Assembly (NCBI GenBank): GCA_004431415.1
Contig: QPMI01000010.1
Location: 62,001 to 126,000 of the forward strand
Direction of reading: 5' to 3'
Source: Cyanophora paradoxa CCMP329
Taxonomy: Eukaryota > Plantae > Glaucophyta
Length of the DNA: 64,000 bases
The notes beneath the pieces are model-generated. The model searched no databases and had not been told where the DNA came from. It saw only the letters and a list, made by a program, of their open reading frames with translations. Within the stretch, counting starts at the first letter, position 1. Every line of letters begins with the position of its first letter. The position numbers and the translations under genes are program-made. Positions 36,001-48,000 of the stretch are shown piece after piece.

Positions 36001-39000
36001 AGGCGAAGGTGTGGCGGAAGGAGGAGCGCATGTACATAAAGGAGGTGGAGGAGCTGGAGGCCGTTATCGAGTATCTCTACATGAGGGACGTGCTCATGCG
36101 GGAACCCCGGGGGCCTAGGGTCGCAGGGTGGGTCGCCGCGGTCCAGCAGCTACACGCTGCTGTGCCGCCGGAGACGTCGCCTTTCGAGGCGCCCGCCATC
36201 GGGCGTCGGACTGCAACCGGATGCACTCGACGCTTGCGCACCTCGCGTTCTGGGCGCGCGTCGACAACACGAACGCGCCCGGCCGTTGGAGCTGCGAGGT
36301 CATCGAGTCCTACATGGGCCTCCTTCGGCGCCTGCGACACACCGTCACGTCTCTCGGTGGCGGGTGGAACAAGGACCTCGACATGCTCAAGCAGATCATG
36401 ACGCACCAGCGGCGGCGCCTGGCGCTGTGGATGCGGAACATGACGGAGGCGAGCGCCGGCGGGAAGGACGCTGCCCACGCCGAGTACGACGCGCCCGTCG
36501 CCGCCAAGGCCTGGCCAGATGGGCCCTTCATCCCCCGACCTGCGGCCCGTCCCCACCGGTCAGCGGCTATGCAGGGCGAAGGGGCGGCGGCGGCGCCGCC
36601 GGGGGCGAGGAGGTGGCAGCGGTGCCCCTGCCTGCGGACGAGGAGGAGATCGACGAGGATATTGAGCTGCAGGAGGGGGATCCGGTGCCGGAGGACGAGG
36701 TGCCCGAGGAGAGCGGGGACGAGGAGGAGGAGGAGGAGGAGACCGCCGAGTACGACGCCGAGGCAGAGGAGGAGGCGGAGGAGGAGATGGAGGCGGAGGA
36801 TGAGGGCGCCAACATGCTCGATTTCGATGATAGGGCCCTAGCAGAGGTTCTAGCAGACGATCTAGCGGAGGGGGAAATAGACGAAATGGATTTGGACCAG
36901 ACATAGCGCACCTTGTAACCTAGATAGTGCGATTCTCAGTAGCAGCTTCACGACTTTGCCCTCTTGCGCGCCGCCACCGCGGCCGCGAGCTGTGCCGCGC
37001 GATCCTTCCTGCTGCAGGATTAGGCGAGCAAGTAGCCGAGCGGGGGGCGAGGGGGAGGGGGCGCACTTGGGGACCGAGGCGGATGCGGCGGGGGCAGGTA
37101 GGGCGGCAGCGGCCGGTGGGGCAGCAGCAGCAGGGGCCGACAGGGCGGCGACCGGCGGGGCGGGGGCGGGCGGGGCGGCGGCGGCGGCGGCCGGCAGGGC
37201 GGCGGCGGCGGGGCCGGCGGGGCGGCGACGGCGGGGCCGGCAGGGCGGCGGCGGCGGGGGCCGGCAGGGCGGCGGCGGCAGGTTCTGAAGGGGCTGCTTC
37301 GGGGACAGGCGGCGCCTTGGCGACGGTGTTGGCGCCGGCGCGGCACCGGCGCGGGCGCTTCACGGGGACAGCCGCGAGGGGCCCCGCGAGGCTGGCGATG
37401 CGCTCGCCGTCGGGGCCGTACTCGTAGCTCGGAAGCTCGAGCGTGACGTGCCCACCTTTCCTGCCCGAGCGCTTCGTGGCCACGATCCGACCGGGACCTG
37501 CCGCGCCCAAGGAGCAGAGCTTCGTAAGCGAGCGGCGCGGCGAGGGCGGGCCGGGCGCACGCTCGTCGAACTGGACGACGTCATGGGAGCCCGTGTGGCG
37601 CGGCACGATTAAGCCGCCGTACGCCTTCTCGACGGTGACGGTCTGCATCTCGCTGTGCTTCCGGATCGCCTTCCCGTCCGCGTCCCGCTTGCAGACGCGC
37701 TTGGACGCTTGCGCCACGCCGGAGGGACCGAGAACAGCTGCAAAGAGGTCGGAAAAAGAACAGCGAGCGGGAAAAAGGAAGCGGCTTCCACCAGCAGCGG
37801 TCTCGCGGTCCGGAAGCTCGATAACGAAGCGATTCGCCGCCGGCAGCTTGTCAACCGGGATCGGCTGGCCCGTCTTCGGGTCGATGGGCGTGGCGACGTG
37901 CGCGACCTGCGCCACGATGTTCTCCTGCGATGCGCACCGTTAGAGGATAGGAAAAAGAACTTCGAACGAGTCATAAGAGCCGCAGACCAACATTGCCGGC
38001 CCGGCCACCGGGATCTTGACGTTGACAAGCTGCGTCCCGGTCTTCCGGCGCTTGAGGGCGTTCGCGGCGGCGTCCTGAAGGTAGCCAATCGCCTCCACGC
38101 GCTCCTCCGGCCTCGACAGCGGCCGGAGGAAGCACGCCATCTTCTTCTTCGCCACTCGCTTGAGCCTCGCGTTGAAGGCGAGGGCGACGTCGAACTGGAA
38201 GGAGCCGTCGCCCGGGAACGTCATGATTTGCTTACAGACGTAGATGTGGGGATCGGCGTGGTTGAGGGCTTTGTACTCGTCCGCGGCCACCACCTTCGCG
38301 GGTGCGTGAACCTGCGCGCACGGGCATCGGACGCTGGAACGGGGCGCGGGCGCGGCGGGCGGACCGTCACGTTCGAGTAGTAGATGAGGTGGTTTGCGAT
38401 GGCCACGGCTGCCTGCTCCCCGTCTGCCTTGATGATCACGCTGCCGAGCCCGCAGTCCTTCACATCGGAGTCCTCCGGGCGCACGAAGCGCCGAAGGATG
38501 ACGCCGTTGACGGAGTAGTTGAAGTCGCCGCGCTTCGCCTTCGTCTGTGTTGGGAACTCGCCCTCGACTCGCGCCAAAATCGTTTCACCTGGGCGCGGGA
38601 AATGGAAGGGCTTCGGGCGAACGACGCTGAGTTCTGGACACAGCTGGGTGTCTGAGCTAACTGAACAGATGACGAAGTCGCCAAGGCGAACGTGGTAGGC
38701 GCGGCCGCTGGTGTCCAGGCAGCGGACCGTTGCCGCGGGGTGCTCGCCCTTGAGGATGTCGAGGTCAGGGAGCTTGGGCTCCTTCGCCTTGCGCGCCTGC
38801 TGAGTGATCTTGTTGACACGCTTCATGTTGCCCTTGCCGGCCCACGAGCTGCTGCTGTCGGGTCGCTTGCCGTGCCAGCGGTGCCGACGTCGGGCCTCGT
38901 CGAAGCCGTCATCCCAGAGGCTGGGTTCCTTTCGCTTTGACTGCTTCATGCACGGCGGCGTGCAGGAATGCTCGCGCTCGGGCGTGCGCGATGGCGGGAA

Positions 39001-42000
39001 GCTAGCTAGTCCGGCCTAGCCGAGGGAAGCTGACTAGCAAGCCGGCCTGCTGACCGTTACTGTGACCGTTGTGGCCGCGTGTGTACGCCACTGTGTACGA
39101 GGCCAAGTTCGAGCTCAAGTTTGCGCTGGGCTAATTTCATTGGCGGAAGAAGTTAACAATGGGCGGGGCGTGACGCAAACTCCGTTCAGTTTGAAACGGC
39201 GGGCGGGAGCATCGGCACGCACTCGGAGATCAGCGACCGAGCTCTGACGGGGGAGTACCTTCTGCAGCTGCTGGAGGCGTTCGAGCAGGCGGCGCCCGAG
39301 CTGCTCCTTTTCCTCCCGTCCCTCGCCCGCATCGAGACGTACGTCTGGCGCGACGGCGAGGCGCGGCCCGCCCGGCGCTTCTTCTGCACGGCGGACAGCA
39401 GCGCTAGCCCCGAGGCCCGCTCGGCGTTCTGGCCGTCGCACCCGCCTAAGGAGGACTGGGTGAAGGCCGCCCGCTGCAGCTTCGGCCTGCAAATCAGCTG
39501 GCAGCACTTTCGAGGAGAGGTGCATACGGAGAACTGGAAAGTGGCGAGCCGTTTCGGCGGAGGCGACTACGCCTATTTCCAGTCACCCGAGCTTGCCGGC
39601 AGCAAGCAGCGCTTCGTACCCTACAGCGCAGTCGCAATCGGTGCGCTCTGTACATGTTCAAATACGTATGCGAACACGATTTCGACCTTTCTTAATTTTT
39701 GAGTCATCATAAACCGACTCGCGATCACCGTGCAGGGGATCGGCGGGAGAGGGGCCGCGGCCGCGTGTTCTGCTTCCTTCCGGTGGGCGACCTGCCGACG
39801 GGCGACGCGGTACACGTGCACGGCTTCTTCGCGCTGTCTACAAATCGTCGCGACATCGTCTGGGGCGGCGATCTTACCGTGCGCTCTGCTTTAGTCTGCC
39901 TGTAATTACCTTAAGCAAGCTTGATGTGTGGTCTGTGCAAGCAGGACGACGCGGCGAACAAGCGGCGCTGGAACGAGTACATGTTCGAGGACTGCGTCGG
40001 CCTCTGCCGCGCCGACCTCGTCGAGCTCCTTGCGGCCGAGGCGCGGGCTGCGGGCTCTTAGCTTGTCTCTTTATATATCTTCTCTGAATTCTCAGCATTT
40101 ATGAATTAATATTCGAATTCGTCGTTTTTTGCAGACCACGAGCTGGGCGGCCATCGCCGCGCGCAGCTTCTTCCGTGCGGTCATTGGCCTGCCCGTGCTC
40201 CCTGCCGCAGACGGGACGTGGCGGAAGGCGGCGGAGGCTCTGCAGGCCAGCGGACCCGGCGGAGTGGTGAAGGGGACGGCGCTGTGGGACTACCTGGCCG
40301 CCAGCGGCCTGCCCCTCGTCGACCTGCCGCAGCACGTGCTCGATGGCTTCTGCGCTGCGGGTGCCGCCATCCGCGTGGCGTCTGCGGACGACGTGGCGAA
40401 GCACATCTCTTCGCTGAAGTCGACGGGCACGGGCCCGAAGCCCTCGCCACAAGCTGCGGCGGAGCTCCTCGAGTATTTCGCGCAGCATGCGAAGACGCTG
40501 GTGACGAAGGAGCTGGTGGGCGCTCTGTGGCTCCCAATCGAAGGCCGCGGCGACGTTCGTCTTCTGGAGGGAAGCGGGGCGGCAGGGGGGCCTGTCTATC
40601 TGCTGCGCCGGGCGGGCGGCGCGGCGTCGCTCGATGTTAAGTTGGCCCTCCAGCTATTCCCGCAGCTTGCTCCTTCGCTGGTCGACAGCGAGCTGTCAGC
40701 TGTAGTTGTGTCGTGGCTCGATTCTAACTTCGTCAGTGCTGGCGCCGCCAACGTCCGCCACTTGTCAACCGAGTGGCTCGCCGATCTGCTGCCGATGTCT
40801 CCCATGGCGGCACTTCACGGGCAGCAGACTGCCCTGGGCAAGCAGGCGCCGCCAGCTGCGTGGTTCAATCTGTTCTGGCGTTTCGTTGCTCTGGATCTCG
40901 GCACCGACTTGCGCAAGGCTGGTACCTGGCCTCTCGTGCAGCGCTCAGACGGCAGCTTCGTTGCTTTGTCGCCCAGTCGAATCCAGTTTATCGACTCTGA
41001 CCTCTCAGCGTATTCCAGCGCGGCAGAGATTCTTTCTTCGCTCGGGGTCTCCATCGTTTCTACGGCCGCCCCGCAGGCGCACGATCTCGTCGCTCCATAC
41101 TGCTCCTCTGTGAATGCCTCCAACGTTGCGAGGGCGCTGGGGGAGGCCGCGGCGTCGTCGGCGCCCCAAGCGGGGCTCGCGGCCGCCGTCGCGCAGCTCC
41201 CACCAAAGCAGCGTCTGCTGTTGCGCGACTTGTTCGCAGCTCTACTTCGAGCCGGCGCCGTAGGAGACGGGGGCGTTGCAGTCAACCTGATCCGCCCCCT
41301 GCCTCTGCTTGCTACGTACGGTTCGAATCAGAAATTCATGGCGGCGTCGGCAGGTGCGAAGCTGGCACCGGAGGGCCTGAAGAGACTCGTCAATGGAGAG
41401 AGCTTCATTCGGGAGCAGGATCTGGCGGGCTTCCTCACCGTGCAGCGGGCGTCGTTCGGCGAGTACGTTCACGAGCATCTTCTCCCTTGCATGGCGGCCG
41501 GTGCGGCCGACGAGGTGCACAAGGCTTGCATCGAGCTTCTCGAGCACCTTCCTAATCTCCCGCCCGACATTCGCTCCACACTTTCGAATGCACCAATTAT
41601 CACTGTCAAATCAGGTGCTTTTGCTGGCCATGGGCCTCTAATATTTATATTATTCAATTATATGATTAGAGCTCTTCTCATATTTTAAATTATGCGCGTG
41701 CAGGCTCGAAGCTCGTCGCGCCAAGCCAGCTGTATGACCCTGAAGTTGCCGACCTGCGAGCATTGCTGGGCGAGAGCCACTTCCCGGCCGGCATGTACGC
41801 CGACCGAGCCGTCCTCGCCCTGCTCCGCGAGTGGCTCGACCTCCGTCGCGTCCTCTCCGCCGAGGATGCCGTGGAGATCGCCCGGAGCGTCGAGCAGGCG
41901 GCCCAGCAGGCGGCTCCGTCGGGCAAAAAGAAGAAGAAGGGCGGCATCTTCGGCCTCTTCTCGTCGGACAACAAGGCGCTGCAGGCTGCGGTCGGCAAAG

Positions 42001-45000
42001 CACGCGCGCTTCTGGCGTACCTGGTCAAGCACTCGGACGACATCCAGTGGGATCTCACGCAGCTGCGCGACATCCGATTTCTCCCGCCGAAGGAGAGGCC
42101 CTCGTCGCTCCCCGCCGGAGCGCCGTGGCGCGGGCCGCCGCAGTCGTGGGCGCTAGCTTCGCCAGCCGAGTCGCGGCCGTTCTCGCAGGCGCCCTTCTGC
42201 AGCGCAAGCAAGGTACCGGTCGACACGGGCATTGAACTGACGCCGGCGATTGTTGAGCGACTCGGCTGGGCGGCGGGGAAGGGAGAGCTGGCGTGGTCGC
42301 AGCTTGTCGCGATCCGCGAGGCACATGGTGAAGGCAAATTGCGCCCCGGCAATGTTGCGAGCCTGCTCGGCCCTGTCTACGAGGCGCTCAACGACGACGT
42401 GCGAGGAACGAGCTCGAAGCTCACAGAGGAGGCGTTCATCTGGTCGGGCTCCGACTTCCTCCCTGCGTCGCTCTTCGCCATCGCCGGCCTCCACAACCTG
42501 GACGCGACCCCCTTTCTCCTTCTACTCCCGCCGTCCATTGCAACGCACTCCAACCTCGTTTCGGCGGCGGGCGTTCGCGCGTCGTGGAGCATGTCCGATT
42601 ACGTCGGCGTGCTGGCCGCGGCGCACAGCCAGTCGCAGGGCACCGCCTTCTCCACGGACGAGATCCAGCTCTTTGCGTCGATCCTGTCCATGGTGCAGGC
42701 GCACGGAGGCGCAGAAGCGTTTGCCGGCACCGCTCTGTTTGTGCCTGGAGTGGACAGCCGCCTGCACCCTCCCTCGGCGTGCCTTTTCAACGACAGCCCG
42801 TCCAACTCGGTCATGTGGAACCAGCTTCAGGCCGCGGGCACGGGCGACTACGTGATGCTGCACGAGCTGCTGCCGCGGCCGGTGGCCGCCCTCTGCGGCG
42901 TGCGGATGCTCTCCGAGTACGTCTTCAGCGCGTCGATCGTGGAGGAGGAGCCGTTTGAGATCCGCGAGCCGCCCGCTGCCCGCATCACCGGCATCGTCGG
43001 CGCATACGGGTGCGGCTGGTTTATTTTAAATTTGTGTATTCTTTAGACTTCGCTCATGCTCATTATCTCGTCGCAGCCACGAGACTGTGCCCATTCGAGA
43101 GTTGTTGCAGAATGCAGGCATGAAATTTCTTGAGCTGCACATGCACTCGTGACTGATCGCGATCATGGCAATATTAATGCGCATCAGATGACGCCGGGGC
43201 GACGACGATGTCGATCTGCTATGATCAGGCTACGTTTAATGAGGACGCGGAGACCTTGCTCGGGCCAAACATGCGCTTCCAACAGGGCGAGGTGCGCATA
43301 CACCGCGGCCTTACGCTGCGTTTGATATATCGATTGCATTACCCTTTCTTGACTGATTTCGAAACTTCACCGTCCCTTCGCTATCACAGGCACTCTGTGC
43401 GTACAACGACTCGACGTTCAGAGACAGGGACTTTACTGGCATCGTGCGCCTCGGCATGGGCAGCAAGCAGGGCGACGAGGGAAAGATCGGGCGCTTCGGC
43501 GAGGGCTTCTCGAGCGGTGCGCGCATATGCATTCACTCTAGATCTGCAGCTTCGCCATTCACTCGTATGCATTTAATTATCGGGCTGACACACGATGGAC
43601 TGCAGTGTATGCGTACACCGACACGCCGATTCTCGTGAGTGGAGGCTACGCTGTTGTCATGGACCCGACCGAGAAGCACCTGCCGAAGGATGTCAGCGGC
43701 CGCCCGCGTACAGCAGCCCGTTTCTCTCTGCTTCGTCAGGCCGGCGCTGGTGCCCGAGCAACAATTGCTCACACGTGTCCCAACCAATTCGAGCCGTTCC
43801 GTGGTCTCTTTCGATGCGAACCAGCTTCCGGAAAGTCATACAGCGGCACTCTTTTCCGCTTCCCTCTGCGCACCAACCGCTCGGTACGCATTGGAATTTT
43901 ATTTATTTGGAACAATATTAATGCCACGAAAAATTACCTGAGCTAATTATAATGTATGCTTGTTCCCCCGCCTTTCCAGGTCGAGCACACGGGCGGTATC
44001 ATTTCGAAGGAGGTGTACAGCGAGCAGAAAATGCTGCGCATTCTCTCGGACGTGGTCAAATCGGCCCCGTCGCTGCTGCTCTTTGTTCAGAGCGTCAACG
44101 TGCTCGACATATGGCACCGGCCCGCTGCAAACAAGCCCCCGCTGCTTCTGGCTCGGGCGACCCGCAGCGGCGATGTCGACGCGGTCCGGTTGCCTGCTGA
44201 GCGTCTGCCCGGCGCCACGGTTGACCTCAGCGGCACCATCGTAATTTCCGTCGAGGTCTTCGCGGATGGGCAGCGGCTGCTCGGGATCAAGGCCGGCACA
44301 ACGCAGAGCACTTGGCGCGTGCGCTCGCGGCTGGACATGGCCGGCCACCACCGGTTCTTCGAGCGGATGAAGGTGGAGCAGGCCCAGCGCGTCAACACGG
44401 GCACTGTTCGCCAGCCCAAGTACACTCCCTGGGCAGGCGTCGCTGCATGCGTTTCACAGGTGCCTTGCATTAATTTGATGACATTCAACGCTTCAGCGTC
44501 TCAATGACAGAGTAGCAGGCTGCAGGTAACGAGCGCGTCGAAGGGGAGCTGTACTCCTTCCTCCCGACGGGCGTGAAGACCGGCCTCCCGGTGCACATCA
44601 ACGGCGTCTTCACGCTCACCTCCAGCCGCCACGGTCTAGTCTCCGGCGAGGATTTCGCGCACACTGTCGAGGGTCGCTGGAACAAGTTCGTGCTCGAGGA
44701 CATAATCGGTGAGCACTTTAATAATTTCTCAGCTCCTGCAATGCATATATATGCAGCAGCATTTAATTTTATTCTTGTCAGGCCCGCTCTACGCCGAGGT
44801 GCTCGAGGACTGCGCGGGGGCGCTCTCTCCCGCCGACCTGTACGCGTCGCTCTGGCCGCCCCGTGAGGCGGACGTCGACGCCCTCTGGCACCCCCTCGCC
44901 GACCGCTGCCTGAGCGAGGCGGTCCGCCGCCGCCGCGTCGTGCTCGCCTCGGACGGGGCGATGCACTCTGCCTCGGAGCTCGCGTTCGCGACCGGCCCCC

Positions 45001-48000
45001 AGTGCAACGAGCTCACCCTGGCATCGCTGCACGCGTGGGCGCCTTTCAACTCTCCAATGTCTTCCACCACAACGGGCGCCGCCCTGGCTCTCCCGCCCTC
45101 CGTCCCCGCTGTCATCCGCGCCCTTGCCGCCAAGCAGTCCGGTGTGCTCGTCGGCACTGTTCCTGCCAGCGTCGCGTCAAGCCTGGCGACGTGCAGCGCT
45201 GGGAGCGACGTGCGGTTCATCACGGTGGAGGTCGTGCGCAGGGCTCTGCAACAGGCGCCGGCGCCGCTTCTCTCCGCCGCAGCGGACGTGCGTGAGGTGC
45301 TTCTGCATTGCCTGGAGCCGCCAGGGTCACCAGTGCCGACCGGAAAAGATCTCGACGGCATCCTCGCCTTGCCCACTTGCGACGGCGCCATCTCTCGCCT
45401 GCGCATCGGCAATGCATCTGGTGGCGCTCGCGCACCAGCTCCGCTCTTCATCAGCCACGTACACCATCGTCAGCTGCTTCCGGGGCTCGAGCGCCGCTTT
45501 CTCGACGTCGATCCGTCCACACCTCTGGGCATGCGACTGGCAGAGGTCGCGCGAGGGCTGCAAGCCGTGCAAATAAATGTGGCCGTCCTCTCCGTTGAAG
45601 CTCTCTGCGATGCGTTCGGATCCGGAGGGCTGCTGCCGAACGAGGACGTCATCGACAAGAAGCAGCTTCTGCCACCGCTCAGTGCCGCCTGGATGCAGGC
45701 TGTGTGGGAATATTCACGCGAGTGCAACTCTACTCTATTGCTTGAGCGATGGCCGCTGCTACCGGTCCTTGGCGACAGCCTCGTGCGACTTCCTGCACTG
45801 CCAGCTTCAGCAGTCTTCGCGGGCAGCGGTCGGCTTCCGACCGACGTTTGTGCGAGTCTTCAGCGGGTGGGCGTGCTCTGCGTTGACGACGGTCCAGCGG
45901 GCATCGCCAGTTTCGCGGCTCTTACCAACTTCGTGCATCCTGGCGCGTGGCAGGGCGTCATCATGATCAGAGCGCTGCAGGGCGTTGCCGTCCGCAGTGG
46001 CACATCGATCGTGCAGCTTGCCGCGAGGGCTCCAGATGCAGACGTTGTGGCTTTCCGGGACTTCGTTGCTGCATCGGCGGGTCGTCACCTGTCGGAGGAC
46101 GACCAGCAGCTGCTCCGGCCTCTCCCACTGTTCGAGTCGTTGGAGTTCGGCACACGCATAGCGCCTGGCGATCAGGGCGTCGCCATCGCCCCGGACGCCC
46201 AGGGCTTCCCGATTAAGCTGGGCGCCGACCGCCTCTTCAAGCGATCCTCGCGCGATGTCGTGTACCTTCTGGAGGCGCTCGGCGTGCAGTCGCTCACCTT
46301 CTGCGACTACGTGCAGCGGAACGTCGTCGGCGACGTGCTCGGGCAGCTCACTGCCGTCCAGGACGCCGTGATGCTGGCCGTGCTCGACCAGCTCCCGTCG
46401 CTGTCTCAGATGGAGCGCGGCCGCGTCATCTCTTCCGTCCGCACGCTCAGCTTCGTCGCATGTGGCCACGAGGGCGGCAGGCGCGCGGCTCCAGCGGAGC
46501 TAGTCGATCCGCGCGACTCCGACGCGTGCAAGCTCCTGCCCGAAGGTGGGCCGTTTCCTTTCGGCGTTTATGCGAAGGAAGAAAGGCTTGCGGTGCTTCG
46601 CGAGATGGGCCTTCGGAGCCATCTCAGCTCCGACGAGGTCGTCAGTATCGCTCGTTCTGTCGCGGAAAGCGGACGAAGCTCCGTTGGTCGCGCTTCGCTT
46701 CTGCTCAAGTACATCCACATGCACAAGCACTCGTTGGGATTCTCCGACGAGCTTCGAAACGAGCTGGCCTCCATCTCGTGGCTGCCTTTCCTCGCGCGCC
46801 CCGCATCATTCCCCAGAGAGCTACCATGGCACGGGGCCGGCGACTCTGGATCCGACGGAGCACGGCTGGCGGCCCCGAAAGACGCGTTCCCGCGCAGCTG
46901 TGAGAAGCTCGTTTCGGCGACGCGTCCTCTCGTCGATGCAGGTCTGAACATCGTGGCGGGACCCATTGCGGAGCTCTTCGGGTGGACCGTACGCGTTGAC
47001 GTCGACGCTCTCGCTGCTGAGATCAACGCTCTCCGGCAAGCCGTGTCAAGTCAGCCTGCGGAGTGCGAGCTGTCGTCCGAGGCTGTCACTGCGCTCGAGG
47101 AGAAGACGCGGGAGATCTACGGCTGCTTGGCCAGGATGGACGGTCCCGAGCTCGAGAAACTTGCGAAAGGCTGGTTGGAAGGAGAGCAGCCGTGGTACTG
47201 GACAGGCGTCTCGTTTCTTCCCTCGTCGCGCCTCCAGACTGTGAGCACGAAGGAGCAAGAACAAGATGCGATGGCCTCATTCAGCGTGCCGCCTGTCCTT
47301 CACTGTGTGCCGCTTCACGAATCTATTCGTCTCAAGGCCCTCTTCACCGCCCTCAAAGTGCAAGAATTCGAAAAGTACAGCCGGGAGGCGGTGGTGGAGG
47401 CGCTGCGCGAGAAGCAGGCGTCGACTGGCGAGCGTCCTCTCTCCGAAGCCGAACTACGCGGCGTCTGCGCTGCTCTGCACTTCGTCTGCAAGTGCAAGCC
47501 GGAGGACAACGCCGATCTCGCCGACCTGCGCCTGCCGGCCGGCAACGGCGTGCTGCGGCCGGCGTCGGAGCTGCTCGAGGCTGACATGGACTGGCGCCAG
47601 CTCACCATCGAGCTTGAGAAGGTGTTCATGAGCGGCTAATTGCACTCGCACTTCGCTAGAACGCCTGCAAGAGCATTGATCTCGATCTTGCAGGTGGTGC
47701 ACCGAAAACAGGTGCTAATATATTTTATATTCCGCGCTCGCAGCTTCCTGCCCGTGCCGGGGGAGACGGGCCTGCCCGTCCACGTGAACGCTGCCTTCGA
47801 GCTCGCGTCGAACCGGCGGGACCTGCAGACGGGCCAGAACGCCGCCACGCAGGCCGCCGAGCTCTCGCCCCTCAACGCCCTGTACGTCAACGTGGTGCTC
47901 CCGCAGGCCTACGCGCGCTTCGTCGAGGAGGTGGTCGCCCTGAAGGATGTCCACGCCGTCCTCCAGAGCTGGCCGGGCTACCACTTCTCCACGCGGGAGA

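Larger units (their letters stand above)
34103..39195. mobile_element. ~5.1-kb two-gene insertion nested in sacsin repeat 1 (unclassified element)
   Basis: Splits FRFPLR from TAGGSIGTHSEIS; no TIR seen; GGCGGG microhomology at both junctions makes borders ambiguous by a few bp. Confidence 0.75.

Noticed and set aside
34103-39195. Canonical Helitron assignment for the nested element
   Set aside because: The minus strand can start TC and has a hairpin, but there is no CTRR 3' end, no A/T target site and no Rep/helicase; left unclassified.
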